A stretch of 64,000 nucleotides of DNA, from assembly GCF_009914755.1 (NCBI RefSeq), contig NC_060929.1. The stretch is one strand, 5' to 3'. Positions 1 to 14,229 of this stretch are shown here, piece by piece. The number at the start of each line of letters is the position of its first letter. Position 1 is the stretch's first letter. Under the pieces are notes generated by a model that saw only the letters and a list, made by a program, of their open reading frames with translations, was not told where the DNA came from and searched no databases. The position numbers and the translations under genes are program-made. This DNA is from the human T2T-CHM13v2.0 reference genome, Homo sapiens.

Positions 1-115
1 CGGGAGAGGGAACCACCCCAGTGCATCCAGGATCTCTTGAGGAGACCAGCATTTATTTGAAATCTTGAGATGAAGCAGCAATAACTCTGGCTACTCTGAG
101 GTTTCTCAGCTTTCT

Positions 116-262
116 TTTTTTTTTTTTAACTAATTAAATTTTTGGTAGAGATAGGGTCTTCCTATGTTACACAGGCTGGTCTTGAACACCTGGCCTCAGG
201 CAATCCTCTTGCCTCAATCTCCCAAAGCACTGGGATTATAGGCGTGAGCCACCCCATCCAGC
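116..262 (-). mobile_element. Alu left-arm monomer (FLAM-like)
   Basis: Single Alu arm with a poly-T tail, flanked by the direct repeat CTCAGCTTTCT at 105-115 and 262-272. Confidence 0.85.
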
Positions 263-494
263 TCAGCTTTCTAAGTCTGCTTCTGAGAGTAAATTAAAAT
301 TGGAGGTATGATGATATCACATTTACAGTGCTGTTTTTTGTTGTTGTTCATAGAAGCAAATATAGTGGCCCAAAGTATGTGCTAATTCTCTCTGGCTGAG
401 TTTCAGAAAGGACCTTAACCCAATAAAACCTAAAGGGATGCACAGAGATTTGCTGTATAAAAATGCCATTTCCTAGTTTCCTTATAGGTGAAAG

Positions 495-640
495 TATCAG
501 TCAAGCTAGCCTCAGACAGGCTGCTGTAACAAACAATCCCAAACTCTCAGTGGCTTATAACAGTAACAGTTCATGTCTTCATACATGCTGTATTCTATCA
601 CTGGTCAGCCATGGCTGTAGCCCACGTCATCTTCACTGAA
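495..640. mobile_element. Old MaLR LTR fragment (MLT1-like)
   Basis: gctgctgtaacaaacaatcccaaactctcagtggctta resembles the MLT1J/K terminus as recalled. Boundaries are approximate. Confidence 0.55.
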
Positions 641-894
641 GACCCAGAATGGCTATGTGATAAAGTATGTGCTGAATTCAACAGTATAAAGAAATCTAAC
701 CCCTCTCGGGAAGGGGTGTGGTCATTCACCAACCCCAATGAGATTATTATGAGTTTTGAAACAAAGAAGAGGTTTGCTGAGACTCCATTACCCATAGAAT
801 CTGTAACCAGATCACTATGAAATATGAAGCAGATAGCCACCTCCCACAGTAATTTCCTTCTGATTCTGAAATCCCTGTTCTCAAACTTCACAGT

Positions 895-995
895 CAATAG
901 TTTCCTCATCTGTGAAATGGGGTTGATAATAGTACCTACCTGTGAGTCTTAAGATAATGCCTTTAGAATGTCTACTATGGTACCTGGCTATAGAA
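895..995 (+). mobile_element. MIR fragment
   Basis: MIR core agtttcctcatctgtgaaatggggttgataatagtacctacc. Confidence 0.75.
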
Positions 996-1008
996 AAGGT
1001 TCAATGAT

Positions 1009-1260
1009 GGTGGGGCGCGGTGGCTCACGCCTGTAATCCCAGCACTTTGGGAGGCCGAGGTGGGTGGATCACGAGGTCAGGAGATCAAAACCATCCTGGC
1101 TAACACGGTGAAACCCCGTCTCTACTAAAAATACAAAAACAAAATTAGCCAAGCATGCGGGCGCCTGTAGTCCCAGATACTCGGGAGGATGAGGCAAGAG
1201 AATGGCCTGAACCCAGGAGGCAGAGCTTGCAGTGAGCCTAGATAGCGCCACTGCACTAAA
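1009..1260 (+). mobile_element. AluY-like element with its 3' end missing
   Basis: AluY diagnostics (atcctggctaacacggtg, cagagcttgcagtg). TSD AGAAAAGGTTCAATGAT at 992-1008 and 1261-1277. Confidence 0.92.
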
Positions 1261-3801
1261 AGAAAAGGTTCAATGATTGGCAGCAGGTGTTGATATGCTG
1301 ATGATTAAAATATCCTTCCCTTTGCAAACTAGTCCATATTGCTACCAGCACTGTTTTATCCCATCTTCTATGCCTCTGATTAGGTGTTTTTTAATTTATA
1401 AGCATATAACATCCTACAATCCAACCCCCCAAATCTGCCCCCCGTGTATCATTATCTATTCTAATAAATATTGATGGAGTGCCATTTATATTCAAGACAC
1501 TGTCAGATCTTTTGGGGGTTGCAGATGTGTAACCTCTCTGTGGCCCTTAAGGAGCCATTATTCTACCTGTACAGGGAAACCTTTATGAAAGGTAAAGGGA
1601 GAGATTGATTGAGAGACTGATTTCTCAGCCCAAGCCATAGAGCAAATCAGTAGCAGAATAAGAAATAGGGCTCTCATTAGTCAGGAAACTCATTTACTTC
1701 ACAGCTCCCTGGGGTCTTTATCCTAAGGACACTTTAGTCCCTCCCCACCGGCCAGAGAGAGCATCTCGTTTTCTTACTCAAGTGAGAGAGAAAGAATGGC
1801 TGATTAAAAAAAAAAAAAAGTGCCAACAAAAACCTATTTCAGACGCTCCCAAAAAACAAGAGAAGGTGGTTATACCCCAGATATAATTCTCACTTATTTA
1901 CTTAATGTTCAGTTCAACAACAGAAAATATGCCCAAACTTGAGTTTCATTTTTGTTGCATTGCTTCTTTTGGAAGGACAGGTCTCATGTTCAGCAGATTT
2001 GGCTTTTCCCCTTCTCCACCTCCATCTCACTTTCTTATTTTTCTTCTCACTCCTGGGAGTTGTCTGAGAAGTTACTGGTGTACTCTGACCCTAACCCTTT
2101 CCACCTCATCTGTAGTTTTCTTATTTTCAGGATACTTTTAAAAAATAAAAATAAAAAGATGCCATGGAACCCAAAACAAAGAAAAAGGTGGGAAGGGGAG
2201 GCAAGAGGGAAGGCATCCTTGGAAACAGAGGAAACACAGTTGCAGGGATGTCTCTTCCTGTTCAGTAACATTAGGGGATTGTTTGCTTCCTTTTCTCCCA
2301 AAGCTGATGGTTGCAATATGTTCTGCACCTTACAGTGGCAAGATTGAGTGCTATAAGAGCAGAGCAGTTTTGACAAGAGTTTGAGATGGGATGTTGGGGA
2401 GGTTGTCATCTTTGCCTGATGGGACCCACCACTCCTTCCATAGACGTGAAATCAAAGCTTTGTTAGGCCTGGGTTCCAGCGGCACCTGCAGTACCTGCCA
2501 GTGTCTGTCTTAAGACCCTCCTTGAAAGAACCGCACCTCCAGTGCAGCTGCAGCTGGCCCAAGGCGAGCTTCAATAACCCAATAGTATCATTTTTTTAAA
2601 AAATTATTTTAAAATAGCTAATTCCTTGGCTCCCTTCACCTGGTAATTACAAATCAGAAGCTATCGTTATCTTGAAGCCACCATGATTAGTTCTCATTTC
2701 CTGACCTCTGTATAGTGAAAATATGTCATTATTTGAGGCAATGGAATCTGGTCTCTTCAAGTGAGTGACCTACATATAACGGACAAACTGCAGGAGAAAA
2801 TTAGGTGTTACCTTGATGGAAAGTGTACAGTAAATGTCACTTACTCTTATTACTATTTATCATCTCAAGAAGTTGTAACAGTGGGCCTTTCACTTTAGAG
2901 GAAAGAAAACATGGTTCTAAGATGGAGAAGAGTGTAAGTGAAAAGCAGACACACCCACACACACACGGACACCTTGCCACCTTCATCTGTGGCCATCAAT
3001 CTGAGCTGTATTGTTTGAAGATAGGTTTTTAACCTTAATAGAATGCAGTCTGACTTTACGTGGTGGTAGGCATGCAGAATTAATTGCTGTGTGAACAATT
3101 TCCTAAGCATTGTTAATTGTGTTCCCTGCAGATAATTGTTTCTCCCATCCCCACATCAGACTCCAAACGTCTCCCTGTCAACAGCCCTTTCTCTCCTGCG
3201 GTGGTAGGAATGTAGCAACAGTGTCAACCTGTGTCCAGTGGAAATGCCAGACATCGTTTGGATGAGAGACATGCAGGGGAATAAATTCCTTACTTATTCT
3301 CAAAGGAAGCATCTCTTAGATAAGGGCTTTGAAAGAATACAGGTGTTTAGGGTTTGCTTTTCATTCCACTCAGTAGAAAAAACTCACCAAGAACCATCAG
3401 GGATAGGGTTGTGTTAAGTTTGCTAAACTCATGGTGGGGAGTTGACACAGGCAGGATGACAAGGAAGACCAGAAGTTTGTTTGGAGGCCTGGGGTGCCCA
3501 TGGGAGTCAAGACTTCTTCAGACGTGCTCAGTTCCTTAGCAAAGAACAGGCAGTATTTCAGAACTCTGTTTCATTCCATACTCTGCTAAAGTGAGAGCGA
3601 CAGAGACAGAAAGAATAGTAATGTTTTCAGAAAAGGACCCCATTCCACCATCAACCCCCCAAGCTTTTTCTACAATGTGCTGAAAGGTATCCACTCATCA
3701 TGAAGAGGAGTGGAAAGGAAAAATATTCTAAAAGTTTGAAATAGTTAGGGAGGTGGGCCAGTACCACTATAGATGCTGCTGGCTGCACTGATAGTTCAGA
3801 G

Positions 3802-3836
3802 CAGGTACCAGCAAACAGGTACCAGCAAACAGGTAC
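3802..3836. repeat. 14-bp tandem repeat (CAGGTACCAGCAAA) x2.5
   Basis: Read directly from the sequence. Confidence 0.9.
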
Positions 3837-4261
3837 TATTCGGGTAGCCTCCTTTGAAGCTGATTTACTTGTGAGTGTATAGTTTGGGGAAACAATCCTT
3901 GTCAATGCCCCTAGACTAACAGTCTAAAAGCAACTGTGTCCAGAGTGTAGAAAAGGATGGATGTGGTAGAGCAGCACTCTTTACAGTGATTCGAAAGGGC
4001 CATTTTCCCCTCCATGGTGGCACCGTTTGGAAGATCTGGGCTGTGTTTTCTCCTCCCTCCTCCGCTCACTGTAAGGGATCCTCTCCCCCTGAGACTGTGA
4101 GCAGCAGCGCCAGAAGGGGAGACCTAACCACCCAGGTCTCTGCTTTCTGTATTTAGCTAATCCCTGTGGCCTGGGGCAAGCCATTTTTGACGCAGCTTCC
4201 TCAAAAGGCAATCGCTTGGAAAAGGGCACCTGGCCCTCCCCCTTGACATTTGCATTGCTGA

Positions 4262-4471
<210 letters not shown>

Positions 4472-4760
4472 TGAGCTCTCGCCAGCTGGTTCAGGTTTTC
4501 TAATCCAAATCTTGGAAGGTATGCCAAAAGAAAAAGAAACGGGGGGAAAAATCATTGCCTTTCATAGGTGCCCCCATTAAAAGCTGTTTGCTGTTCCTGT
4601 CTGTTAGCTGTGTTTGGCTGGATCACTCAGAGCTGGCACAGTGCCTGCTCAGAGCAATGTGCATACCTATGCTATCTGCAGCAACTGGCATGGTCCAGAG
4701 CTACTTGAAAGCATCCCAGGGCCTGTGCAGAAACAGCAGCCACAGCAGCAGCTGGAGTGG

Positions 4761-4784
4761 CAGCAGCAGCAGCAGCAGCAGCAG
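4761..4784 (+). repeat. (CAG)8 trinucleotide repeat, preceded by interrupted CAG units from 4734
   Basis: Read directly from the sequence. Confidence 0.95.
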
Positions 4785-5942
4785 GAGAAAGTCCTGCCTA
4801 ATCAGAAGGCAGAGAGCAGCAGGCAGCACATGCCATCAGACTGGGTCCCTCTCCCAGGAGACATGCAGCCTCCCTGGGGAGGAAGCTGCCTGGCTTGGCA
4901 TGAAAGAGAAAGGCTCAGAGCTGCTGTGCTTTGGGGGAGAATAGAAAGGAGTTTTGACAACTCGGCAACAAAGCTTCTCTTCTCAGAACAGTGAAGGGGA
5001 CAATAGAAATGTTTATTGAAGCAATCAGGCAACTGTATCCTTGAAGGGAAAAAAAAAGGTGCTAACAAGGTGCTAAGAAGGAGGAGAGAAAACAGAACCA
5101 TAGGGTGGGGGTGGGGGAGACTGGAGCAATTAAGACAGAGCAGCCAATGGAATGGTTAGCCAGGCTGGCACGCAGTGAGATATGCTTAATTCGGGATGGA
5201 AATCGCAAGGGAGAGATTGTATTAAAGGATTTCTCCAACATGCAAATTTCCATTCTGCCTTTTAGCATCTATAGCCACTTCACCCCCACATTTCGGAAAC
5301 ACCCTACAGGGATATTTCAAAGAAGGGAAAGGAAGCAGCATTTATTAGGCACCTATTGCATGCCAGGCTTAGCATTGTATAACTTTAACAACTTTAAAGG
5401 AAGGAAAAATCTCTCTGAGAAACTCAGGACCAGAAGGTATAGAAACTTACTCAAATAGGTACAAATTTGGACTCAGAGTTGTGCCCTGTGCATCTTTGGG
5501 CAGGAGGTTGGAGCTTTCCTTCAAGCAGTCATTTTCCACAAAGAAGATTCCAGAATTCATCTGCCCCCAGAGGTGCACATTAGTCATCCTGAGATGCTAA
5601 TGCTGCTTCAATTATCCTCCCCAGAGCTGTCCTAATGCTTTGAGGATGACTTTTTTGTCTTTTTATCCAGTCTTTAAGAATCGCTGTACTCATCTGTCAT
5701 AATCATAACACTAAATTACCTTTAAGTAAGCATGAAAAAGTTTTATCTGAGGATGAAATTATATGCTTTCCATAATCGGGTAAGTTAAACTAGACCTAAA
5801 ACTGAAAAGTATATTTTGCCTTAACTGACCATGTTCTGCCTTAACTGACCAAAAAGCCCAGAGCCAAATGTATTGACCTCAGATTTGAAACCTGGTCACC
5901 TCCAGTACTTGACACTGTCTGCTCCTTCAGTTTTATCTAGGG

Positions 5943-6157
5943 CAATGGTTCTTAGTCATAGCATTTTTGCACCCCTAGAGGACATTTGGCAATGTCTAAA
6001 GACTATTTTGATTGTCACAGTTGGAAGGGGCATGGCAGGCATCTAGTGGATAGGGGTCAGAGATGCTGTTAAACAACCTATAATACACAGGACAGCCCCC
6101 TGTGATGAAGAATTATCTCCTTTCAAGATGACAATAGTGCTGCCCTTGGAAACTCCA
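5943..6157 (+). mobile_element. MER20 (hAT-Charlie DNA transposon)
   Basis: ggacatttggcaatgtct...ggcatctagtggataggggtcagagatgctgttaaac...gaattatc matches MER20 as recalled. Confidence 0.85.
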
Positions 6158-6606
6158 CTTTATGGGGTCTCCGTCACGTTTTATCCATAAATGTCCTTTA
6201 ATCTACAAGTCAGCACCTCATCCCTTCAGAAGAATGCATAACACACATGTGAAATGAATATGCATATTCTATCATTGGGCACAGAGAAATTGTTTATATG
6301 TGTATACATTCTGAAATTATATGCCAATGCTTTTCGAGTAGTGTCCTTCATAAATGGGAATTAGTGATCTCTACTGGCCTCCGTAAATTAAGGTCAAGAT
6401 CAAGCACTCCTCCCATTTGTGATAAGCCTCTATTTCTACCTCTGCTCCCCACCAGCTTTTGCATCCCACACCCATAGAACAAATCTTAAGAGTACAAGAG
6501 TATGCGTCTCTAAATTAACAAATGAAGAAACACTTTCCATTGTGTCTTTGGAAAGACCAGAATTTTTCCCCTCCTGTGCAACATGCTTTTGAAAATGTTG
6601 TTGTAG

Positions 6607-7047
<441 letters not shown>

Positions 7048-8135
7048 TGAGAATTTAAAATTGCTTAGAGATGAAATAAAATTTGAAACTTAAAAAGAGA
7101 TCAGATCTCTTCTTAAGTGGTTTTAAGGTTTGGCTTATAAAATGACTAAAATGTTTTCAGTTCTCTCACCCATGCCTATTTCTTTTATCAAAAGTGACCT
7201 TGGGTTTGAATTTGTATACCCAGTGACCTCCGCGCTCCCCATTCCCCAATTCTATACATTTAGATAACCTGAATCAATTCCAATCGACTTCTTTTCCAGT
7301 GTTTCAAAGAGACAATCAAGATATATTGGCAATAAGTTAATTAAATAACACCGCCTCCTTTTTTTGGTGTAGGATATTCCTTCACTCCAATGTTTTAACC
7401 AAGATACACCACACATTGCCAAGGAGGATAATCTCATTAAGCAATTACTGGATAAGTATCCAGCAGAAGCAAATTAAATGTAAGCAAAACACAGGCATGT
7501 GAGTCCCATCTAAGATGGCACATCGATAGAGATTTCATTACCTGGTCTTTAGGAGTATTTACATTCCTCAGGTTTGGGAACAAGTCTAATAGACAGGGCA
7601 GCCTACACACTCTGATATGTTAGTGGAAACAAAGCACTTGATTAATTAGTTGGGAGAGTACATTCTTTGGTCTTTGCCTTTCCGTTTTCCATTTGTTGTT
7701 GTTCGAGTCTTATTTTTCTTTCTTCCACTCTCCTTCAATTAAACCTTAACATGAATTGTTGCTGGCTTTCACATCAAGAAGAGGGAACACACAGTCTGCC
7801 AGAATCACTCACCATCTTGTGTGTATTTCTATGTTAAAAGGAATGAACTCATACATCTTCATTACAAGGGCATGGAGAACTTTCTCTGTAGATCTGGGAT
7901 TAGATAAGCCTTGAGAAAGACGATTCAATACAGTATTCTGACCTGGTCAGATAACATAAGGGAATTCAGTTTGATTGGCCAGGCCCAGGGAAAGCATACA
8001 AGAGATTTTAAAGGGCGCATCATACGTACCCAATTTGTGCACAGATTTTAAGAAAGAATAAACTATCAAGTATAGAATTGCATGGATCATTCTCAAAACC
8101 TATCACTCATTTTAGATTCAAGTTGTCCTCTATAT

Positions 8136-8357
8136 CAGGGGTCAGCAAACTACATCTCATGGACCAAATCTGGCCAGCTGCCTGTTTTTATAAATCAAGT
8201 TTTAATGGAACACCACCATGACTATTACCTGTTGTCTATGGCTACTTTCAGAATAAAATGGTGGAATTGAGTGGGTGCAACAGAGACTATATGGCCCAAA
8301 AAGCCTAAAATATTCACCATCTGACCCTTTAAAAAAAATAAAAAGTTTGATGGCCAC
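8136..8357 (+). mobile_element. MER58A (hAT-Charlie)
   Basis: caggggtcagcaaactac...ccaaatctggcc...tatggcccaaaagcctaaaatatt...aagtttg. Confidence 0.85.
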
Positions 8358-8852
8358 TCTGTATCATTGCCAATCCCATTTCCACTTTTCTAGAACTTTT
8401 CCTATAACTATCCAAGTTATAGGAGTCCAGAAGAGGAAGATCAAACTCCCAATACATCACTTCTTCCTACTTGACCAAGCCCTAGTTATAATATATTCTT
8501 GGTAACTTTGCATTGGAAGATGCACTATAATATAGGATTTTGGAGTTGGTCTGGTGGATACAAACACCAGCTCCATCACTTAGCAACTGTATGACTGTAA
8601 GTGGGTCATTTGTTCTCTCCCAACCTCCAGTTCCTCATCTGTGAAATGCAACTCCCTCATAAGCTTGCTGTCCATCATAAATGAGATGACCCTTGTAAAA
8701 CATTGCATGTGGCATCAGGCATGTAATAAATGATCCACGAGTCTTAGTTGTTGAAACTGATGTCATCTTTACATCTCTCAGCTGGTCCATTTAACAAGTT
8801 TCCATGGCCTGTCACATCTTTTGAGAGGCTATATTTTCCAAAGGTGAAGACC

Positions 8853-8990
8853 AACCAGGTGCAGTGGCTCACGCCTGTAATCCCAACACTTTGGGATGCG
8901 AAAGTGAGAGGATCACTTAAGGCCAGGAGGTCGAGACCAGCCTGGGCAACAAAGTGAGACCTCATCCCTATTTTTAAAAATATAAAAATA
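8853..8990 (+). mobile_element. Alu left-arm monomer (FLAM/AluJ-like), with an AluY inserted in its A tail
   Basis: Single arm ending in an A-rich tract. The outer TSD CAAAGGTGAAGAC lies at 8839-8851 and 9376-9388. Confidence 0.85.
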
Positions 8991-9421
<431 letters not shown>

Positions 9422-10367
9422 TCACCTTTTTCCTTTACCTTCTAAGAATTAACCAAACCCCAGATGAGGATTTCTTCCCAACATTGGCTTGATGAGGTCA
9501 GTAGGAAGCAGGTCTTCCTATTCCAAAGGGCCAATGTGTACACCAAGTTGGCCCCTCCACACTGCATTATTTGTCTCACTGGAGCTTGAGTTCCATCATT
9601 GCCAGCCTGTCTGTTTTAAGCCCTACCATTCTCGGTTTATAACTCAGCTGTAAACATTTATTTGTGCCTGGAGCACATTTCCTTCCTACCCTTTGAAAAA
9701 AAAAATTAGAATTTCCAGATGGTATGCAAGTTGGAAAAAAATGGCAAAGACTGTTATTCTGTTTAGAAACATGTTTTTCTACACTTGCCCTTTCAGCAGA
9801 AACTTCATAATGATTTTTACTAGTTGGCTTAATGCGTGGTACTAGGAGCCAGATTAGCAGGGAGGTTCGTAAATTCTTCCGCTGGCTCTCATCAGCCTCT
9901 CAATGAACACAGCCCAGGGTTTTAAAATGATCACTTCCCTATATGGGGCTTTTCCAAAGTCGGTGAAGTTCCCAGAAGGGCAAAGGGTCATTATGTTTGA
10001 GCCAAACACCCCTTTACTGCACGTCTACTGGCAAATATACCAACATCCTAACTACCAACCCAACAACTCCCCTCATTTAGGAGGCCATGCTGTTCTACAT
10101 TGTTGCAGATGGGTACTACTTACATGCACTTATACTGGTGGACTTTTGCTTTTGATTGCCACCCATAGCCCCATTCTAAATTGCATAGTTTCTGTTGTAC
10201 ATAGCATCATGGTGGCTTGACATGGGCATTAATAATGAGATCCAATTTCCCTTTCTGTGCATTTGCCCATATCCTCACTGGCCACACTTCTCTTTCAGAA
10301 TTGACTTGTACACCCAGATATCTGGTCTATGATCTCTAAATATGTACCTGTGGTATACCTCTGATAT

Positions 10368-10665
10368 GTTGGCCCTTCATACCCACGGGTATCCACAGAT
10401 TCAACCAACCTCAGATTGAAAATATTTGGAATAATAATAATACACAAAATGCAAATAAAAATGATAGTATAACAACTATTTACATAGCATCTACATTGTA
10501 TTAGGTATTATAAGTAATCTAGAGATAATGTGAATTATAGAGGAGGACATACATGGGTTATGTGAAAATACTACACCATTTTATATAAAGAGCTTGAGCA
10601 TTTACAGATTTTGGTATCCACAGGGGTCCTGGAATCCATACCCTGTGGATACCAAGGGATGACTG
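10368..10665 (-). mobile_element. MER2 (TcMar-Tigger family)
   Basis: ttaggtattataagtaatctagagat...ttttggtatcc...ggataccaagggatgactg is the reverse complement of MER2 as recalled. Confidence 0.85.
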
Positions 10666-10689
10666 TGGGCCTGAATGCAGTCAGCATAG

Positions 10690-10885
10690 GGGTTAGCCAC
10701 ATGGGTTTTAGTGTCTGTCAGACGTGGGTTTTGATCATAGATCTACCAGTAAAAAGCTGGGTGACCCTAAGCAAGTCACTTATCTTCCATGAACCTCAGT
10801 TCTCTCATCTGAAAAACAGGAAAAATTGTAAGAGTATCAGGAGATTACATGGTGATTAGCAGCCACTCAATAAATTTTAGCTACT
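10690..10885 (+). mobile_element. MIR
   Basis: gctgggtgaccctaagcaagtcacttatcttccatgaacctcagttctctcatctg. Many further MIR/L2 fragments are present (e.g. ~8540-8740, 15170-15480, 15700-15905, 16710-16920, 27940-28170, 33850-34030, 46480-46920, 47850-48040, 56170-56380, 63240-63470). Confidence 0.75.
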
Positions 10886-13333
10886 ATCAATAATAGTAAA
10901 CTAAACTAAATATTAATGCAGGAGCAAGTTCATCTGAAGAGTCATAGGTATAAATACTTGTTAACGTTCCTAGCGGCAAAGAGTTGACTATTTTTATCTA
11001 AAGCAACAAATTGAAATTTCAAAAGATGTAAAAGCCACATGTAGTCCCAAGAGCTGAAACATTTTCTAAAAGTCATTATTGTGTGATGTTGTGAACACCA
11101 TCACAGAAGCAGTGACTTTCAGGATGTAATTGCATTCCTAAAGTATAGCCAGCCAGCAGCAGGGTGAAGGCTGATGGGTTGCTGATGTCTCAGCTGAGCT
11201 GTATTCTTGGGCAGTCAATCTAAGGTCCTTGGAAGAATCTTTTCACTTATCTGTTGGTTAAACAGAACCCTCAGATGGTTGTCCTGATTCCCAAATAAAT
11301 GGAAACGAGGTGTAATGACTGTAGCAATATTCTGAATTCAATTTTATTTGCAATGGATAAAAATATGTGAGGCAGAATAATCTGCAAGGCAGATTTATGC
11401 TGAGGTGCCTCCAGAGTTCGGTTAAGTTAGGAAGTATTAATATGAGGCTTCATTTCCCTGGTATGACTATGAGTCCATTCCCTTTATCACTTGTTTGGGG
11501 AATAGTTTCACTGTTTCTGTAAATGAATTATGGCAACATTTTCTGAAATGATTAGCTCCTAATGTAGCTATGGAAGGCTGTCATTTTGCTCAACATCAGT
11601 CGTGTTTAACTGGTTGAAATTTTAGGTACATATTTCAGAAATAGGTAATAGTTTCACATTTACATGAGCAATCTTCCGTGGAGTTATAGAGTTGGACTAT
11701 CCTGTAAAATTGATCATTAGAATGTTGCCTCTAAAAACCCAGAAATCTCATCTCTAAGCTAAAGATGAACTAGCCAGAACCATTGTATCTTAAGCACGTG
11801 CTTCTTAGGGCAAAATGATCATCATGACACTTTTCATTGTGCAGCTCTTGGATAGACTGAAAGGTTTGCCATGGAAGCCCCAACTCTGGGAGACATGAAC
11901 TGGACTGGTTCCTGCATGCCAGGGTGCCAGGCCTAGTCATTGCCTAGAACCCAAGGATACCAGTGAGATCCTCACAGAATGATTACAGGATGCTGTTTAA
12001 TGCCTCTTCTCTTGATGCCCCTAATTCAATCTCAAAGTGAATTCATAGGACGCTGGACAACAGGCTGCCTAGATAAGAGATAATGGGAATACAACATACA
12101 CCCCAACTCTGATGTTGACCAAAGAATACCTACTGTTATAGTCAATGCTTGATAAATATTTATTGCATGGAAGTGTGAATGAATGGCCCACCCAACATTG
12201 CTTAGGACATTTCTTAATCATTGTTAAATAAATAAAATCTGGCTGCTTTTCAATAACGCAGACTGCACAGAGTTGCCCATGTGAGAAGCAGCTAGACCAC
12301 ACACCAACACCAGCAATTTGCAGAGAATGAACTGGTGATGCAGTTTTCTCTGACCATCGTATCTTAATACATGTGACCTGTTGTCTGCCCCTCCCAGTCT
12401 GCAGATGTACTGGTCACTCACTGTATATTGATTTCAGCTGCTCTGGAAAATGACTGCCAGTTTTATTAAGGGCTACTCCACCCATTGGCCCTCTTTCATT
12501 AATAGTGCCTACAGCAGGCAGCCTGTATTTTTTATTAGGCCATCACAAATTCACCCCCCGCAACTGAAAAAAAGTACTTACAGCTGATTTTAGGTAGCAT
12601 CACAACAGACAGGACAGAAGGACGTAGAGCACCTACAATTTAGGTACAACATGCAGAAGCACCCCAAAATACAGATGAGTAGACAGACTCAGAGAGGGCT
12701 TTTGATTAGCCCAAAGGCACACAGCTGGTAGCTATCAGAGCTGGGATTCAAACCCAGGCTGACTAGCTCCACTGGGCAACATTGCCTCCTTAAGGTCTCA
12801 GAACTTCTCAATAGGATATTCAGCTAGACCTTAAAATGTCTAGCTAGGCATTAGACATTTTAAGATAAAGATAAAAATCTTAACTACTTTGTTTCCTTGC
12901 TGTCTGCCTCTCAGTGATGTCTTGTGAGGGACTCACCATATTGGTGGTCCTGGAACAGCTGGCATGGCTCAGGGAAGCCCAGCTTCAAGTCCTTCTTCAT
13001 GGAACTCAGCCTGGCTTTGATGCTGTTCTTTTTGACCTTAGAGAACAACAGAGATCTGTCCTCCTGGACATCGGCCCAGAAATTTGACCTCCAGGAATAG
13101 AGTCACTGAGATGGTTCCCCATGCTGGCTGCAGCAATTTACAGAAAAACACCTTTTCTTTTTATCTCTTTGGAGGCAGTATTTGTACATTTTTCTCCTTT
13201 TCATTGTTTTTAAAATTACAAAAGTTATACACACTCATTTTCAAGATTTTTAAAAAGTATATAAAAAACTTTTCTTTTGCTATCATGAATATTTCTCTAA
13301 CAATTGACAAATTTGAATAAGGCCTATAGATTA

Positions 13334-13913
13334 CAGTCATGCATGGCAAAACAGTGTTTCAGCCAATGATTGGCCAGATATTCAGTACTGGTCTCATAAG
13401 ATTATAATAGAGCTGAAAAATTCCTATCACCTAGTGACATCTTAGCTGTCCTAATGTTATAGTATAGTTACTTTTTTTATTAAGTTAGTGTAGCCTAAGT
13501 CTACAGTATTTACAAGGTCAAAAGTAGCATACAGCAATGTCCTAGCCCTTCACTTTCACTCACCACTCACTCACTGACTTAAACAAAGCAACTTCCAGTC
13601 CTGCAAATTCCATTCATGGTACGTGTCCTATACAGGTGTACCATTCATTTTTTATCTCTTATACCATATTTTTTTACTGTGTCTTTTCTATGTTTAGATA
13701 CACAAGTACCACTGAGTTACAGTTGCCTACAGTATTCAATATAGTAACATGCTGTACATGTTTGTAACCTAGGAGCAATAGGGTATACCATATAGCCTAG
13801 GTATGTAGTAAGCTACACCATCTAGATTTGTGTGAGTATACTCACACCACTATGAAATTGCCTAAGAGTACATTTCTCAGAATGTATCCCTGTTGTTAAG
13901 TGACTCATGACTG
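13334..13913 (+). mobile_element. Tigger3/GOLEM internal-deletion derivative (~580 bp)
   Basis: Terminal inverted repeats CAGTCATG...CATGACTG flanked by TA duplications at 13332-13333 and 13914-13915. The internal sequence matches Tigger3 as recalled. Confidence 0.88.
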
Positions 13914-14185
13914 TATATATAGAGAGAGAAAGAATGTGTGTAAAAAAATCTATATATGTACATATATATGAGTAAAAAGTGAAAACCCCTCTTTCCAAAA
14001 GTGTAATTCAGTTACACACCTGAAGAACTTAATTTGAAAGCAAACACTAGCTTGTTTAACAATATGGATATCTTCTGTTAAATAAATCGAGCTTGTGAAA
14101 GTGAAGTCACCTGTTAACAAGCCTAAAAGCTTTCTAATAACTCCTCCTCCCTCCTGCTGACCCCCTACCCCTGTCGCCTCGCCCA

Positions 14186-14186
14186 A

Positions 14187-14217
<31 letters not shown>

Positions 14218-14229
14218 TCACACTCACAC
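14186..14229. repeat. (CA)n / (CACT)n microsatellite
   Basis: Read directly from the sequence. Confidence 0.9.

Noticed and set aside
4614-4994. 126-aa polyglutamine ORF
   Set aside because: It starts at TTG in an intron, has no clear splice sites, and exists because a CAG tract has no stops. Kept only as a repeat.
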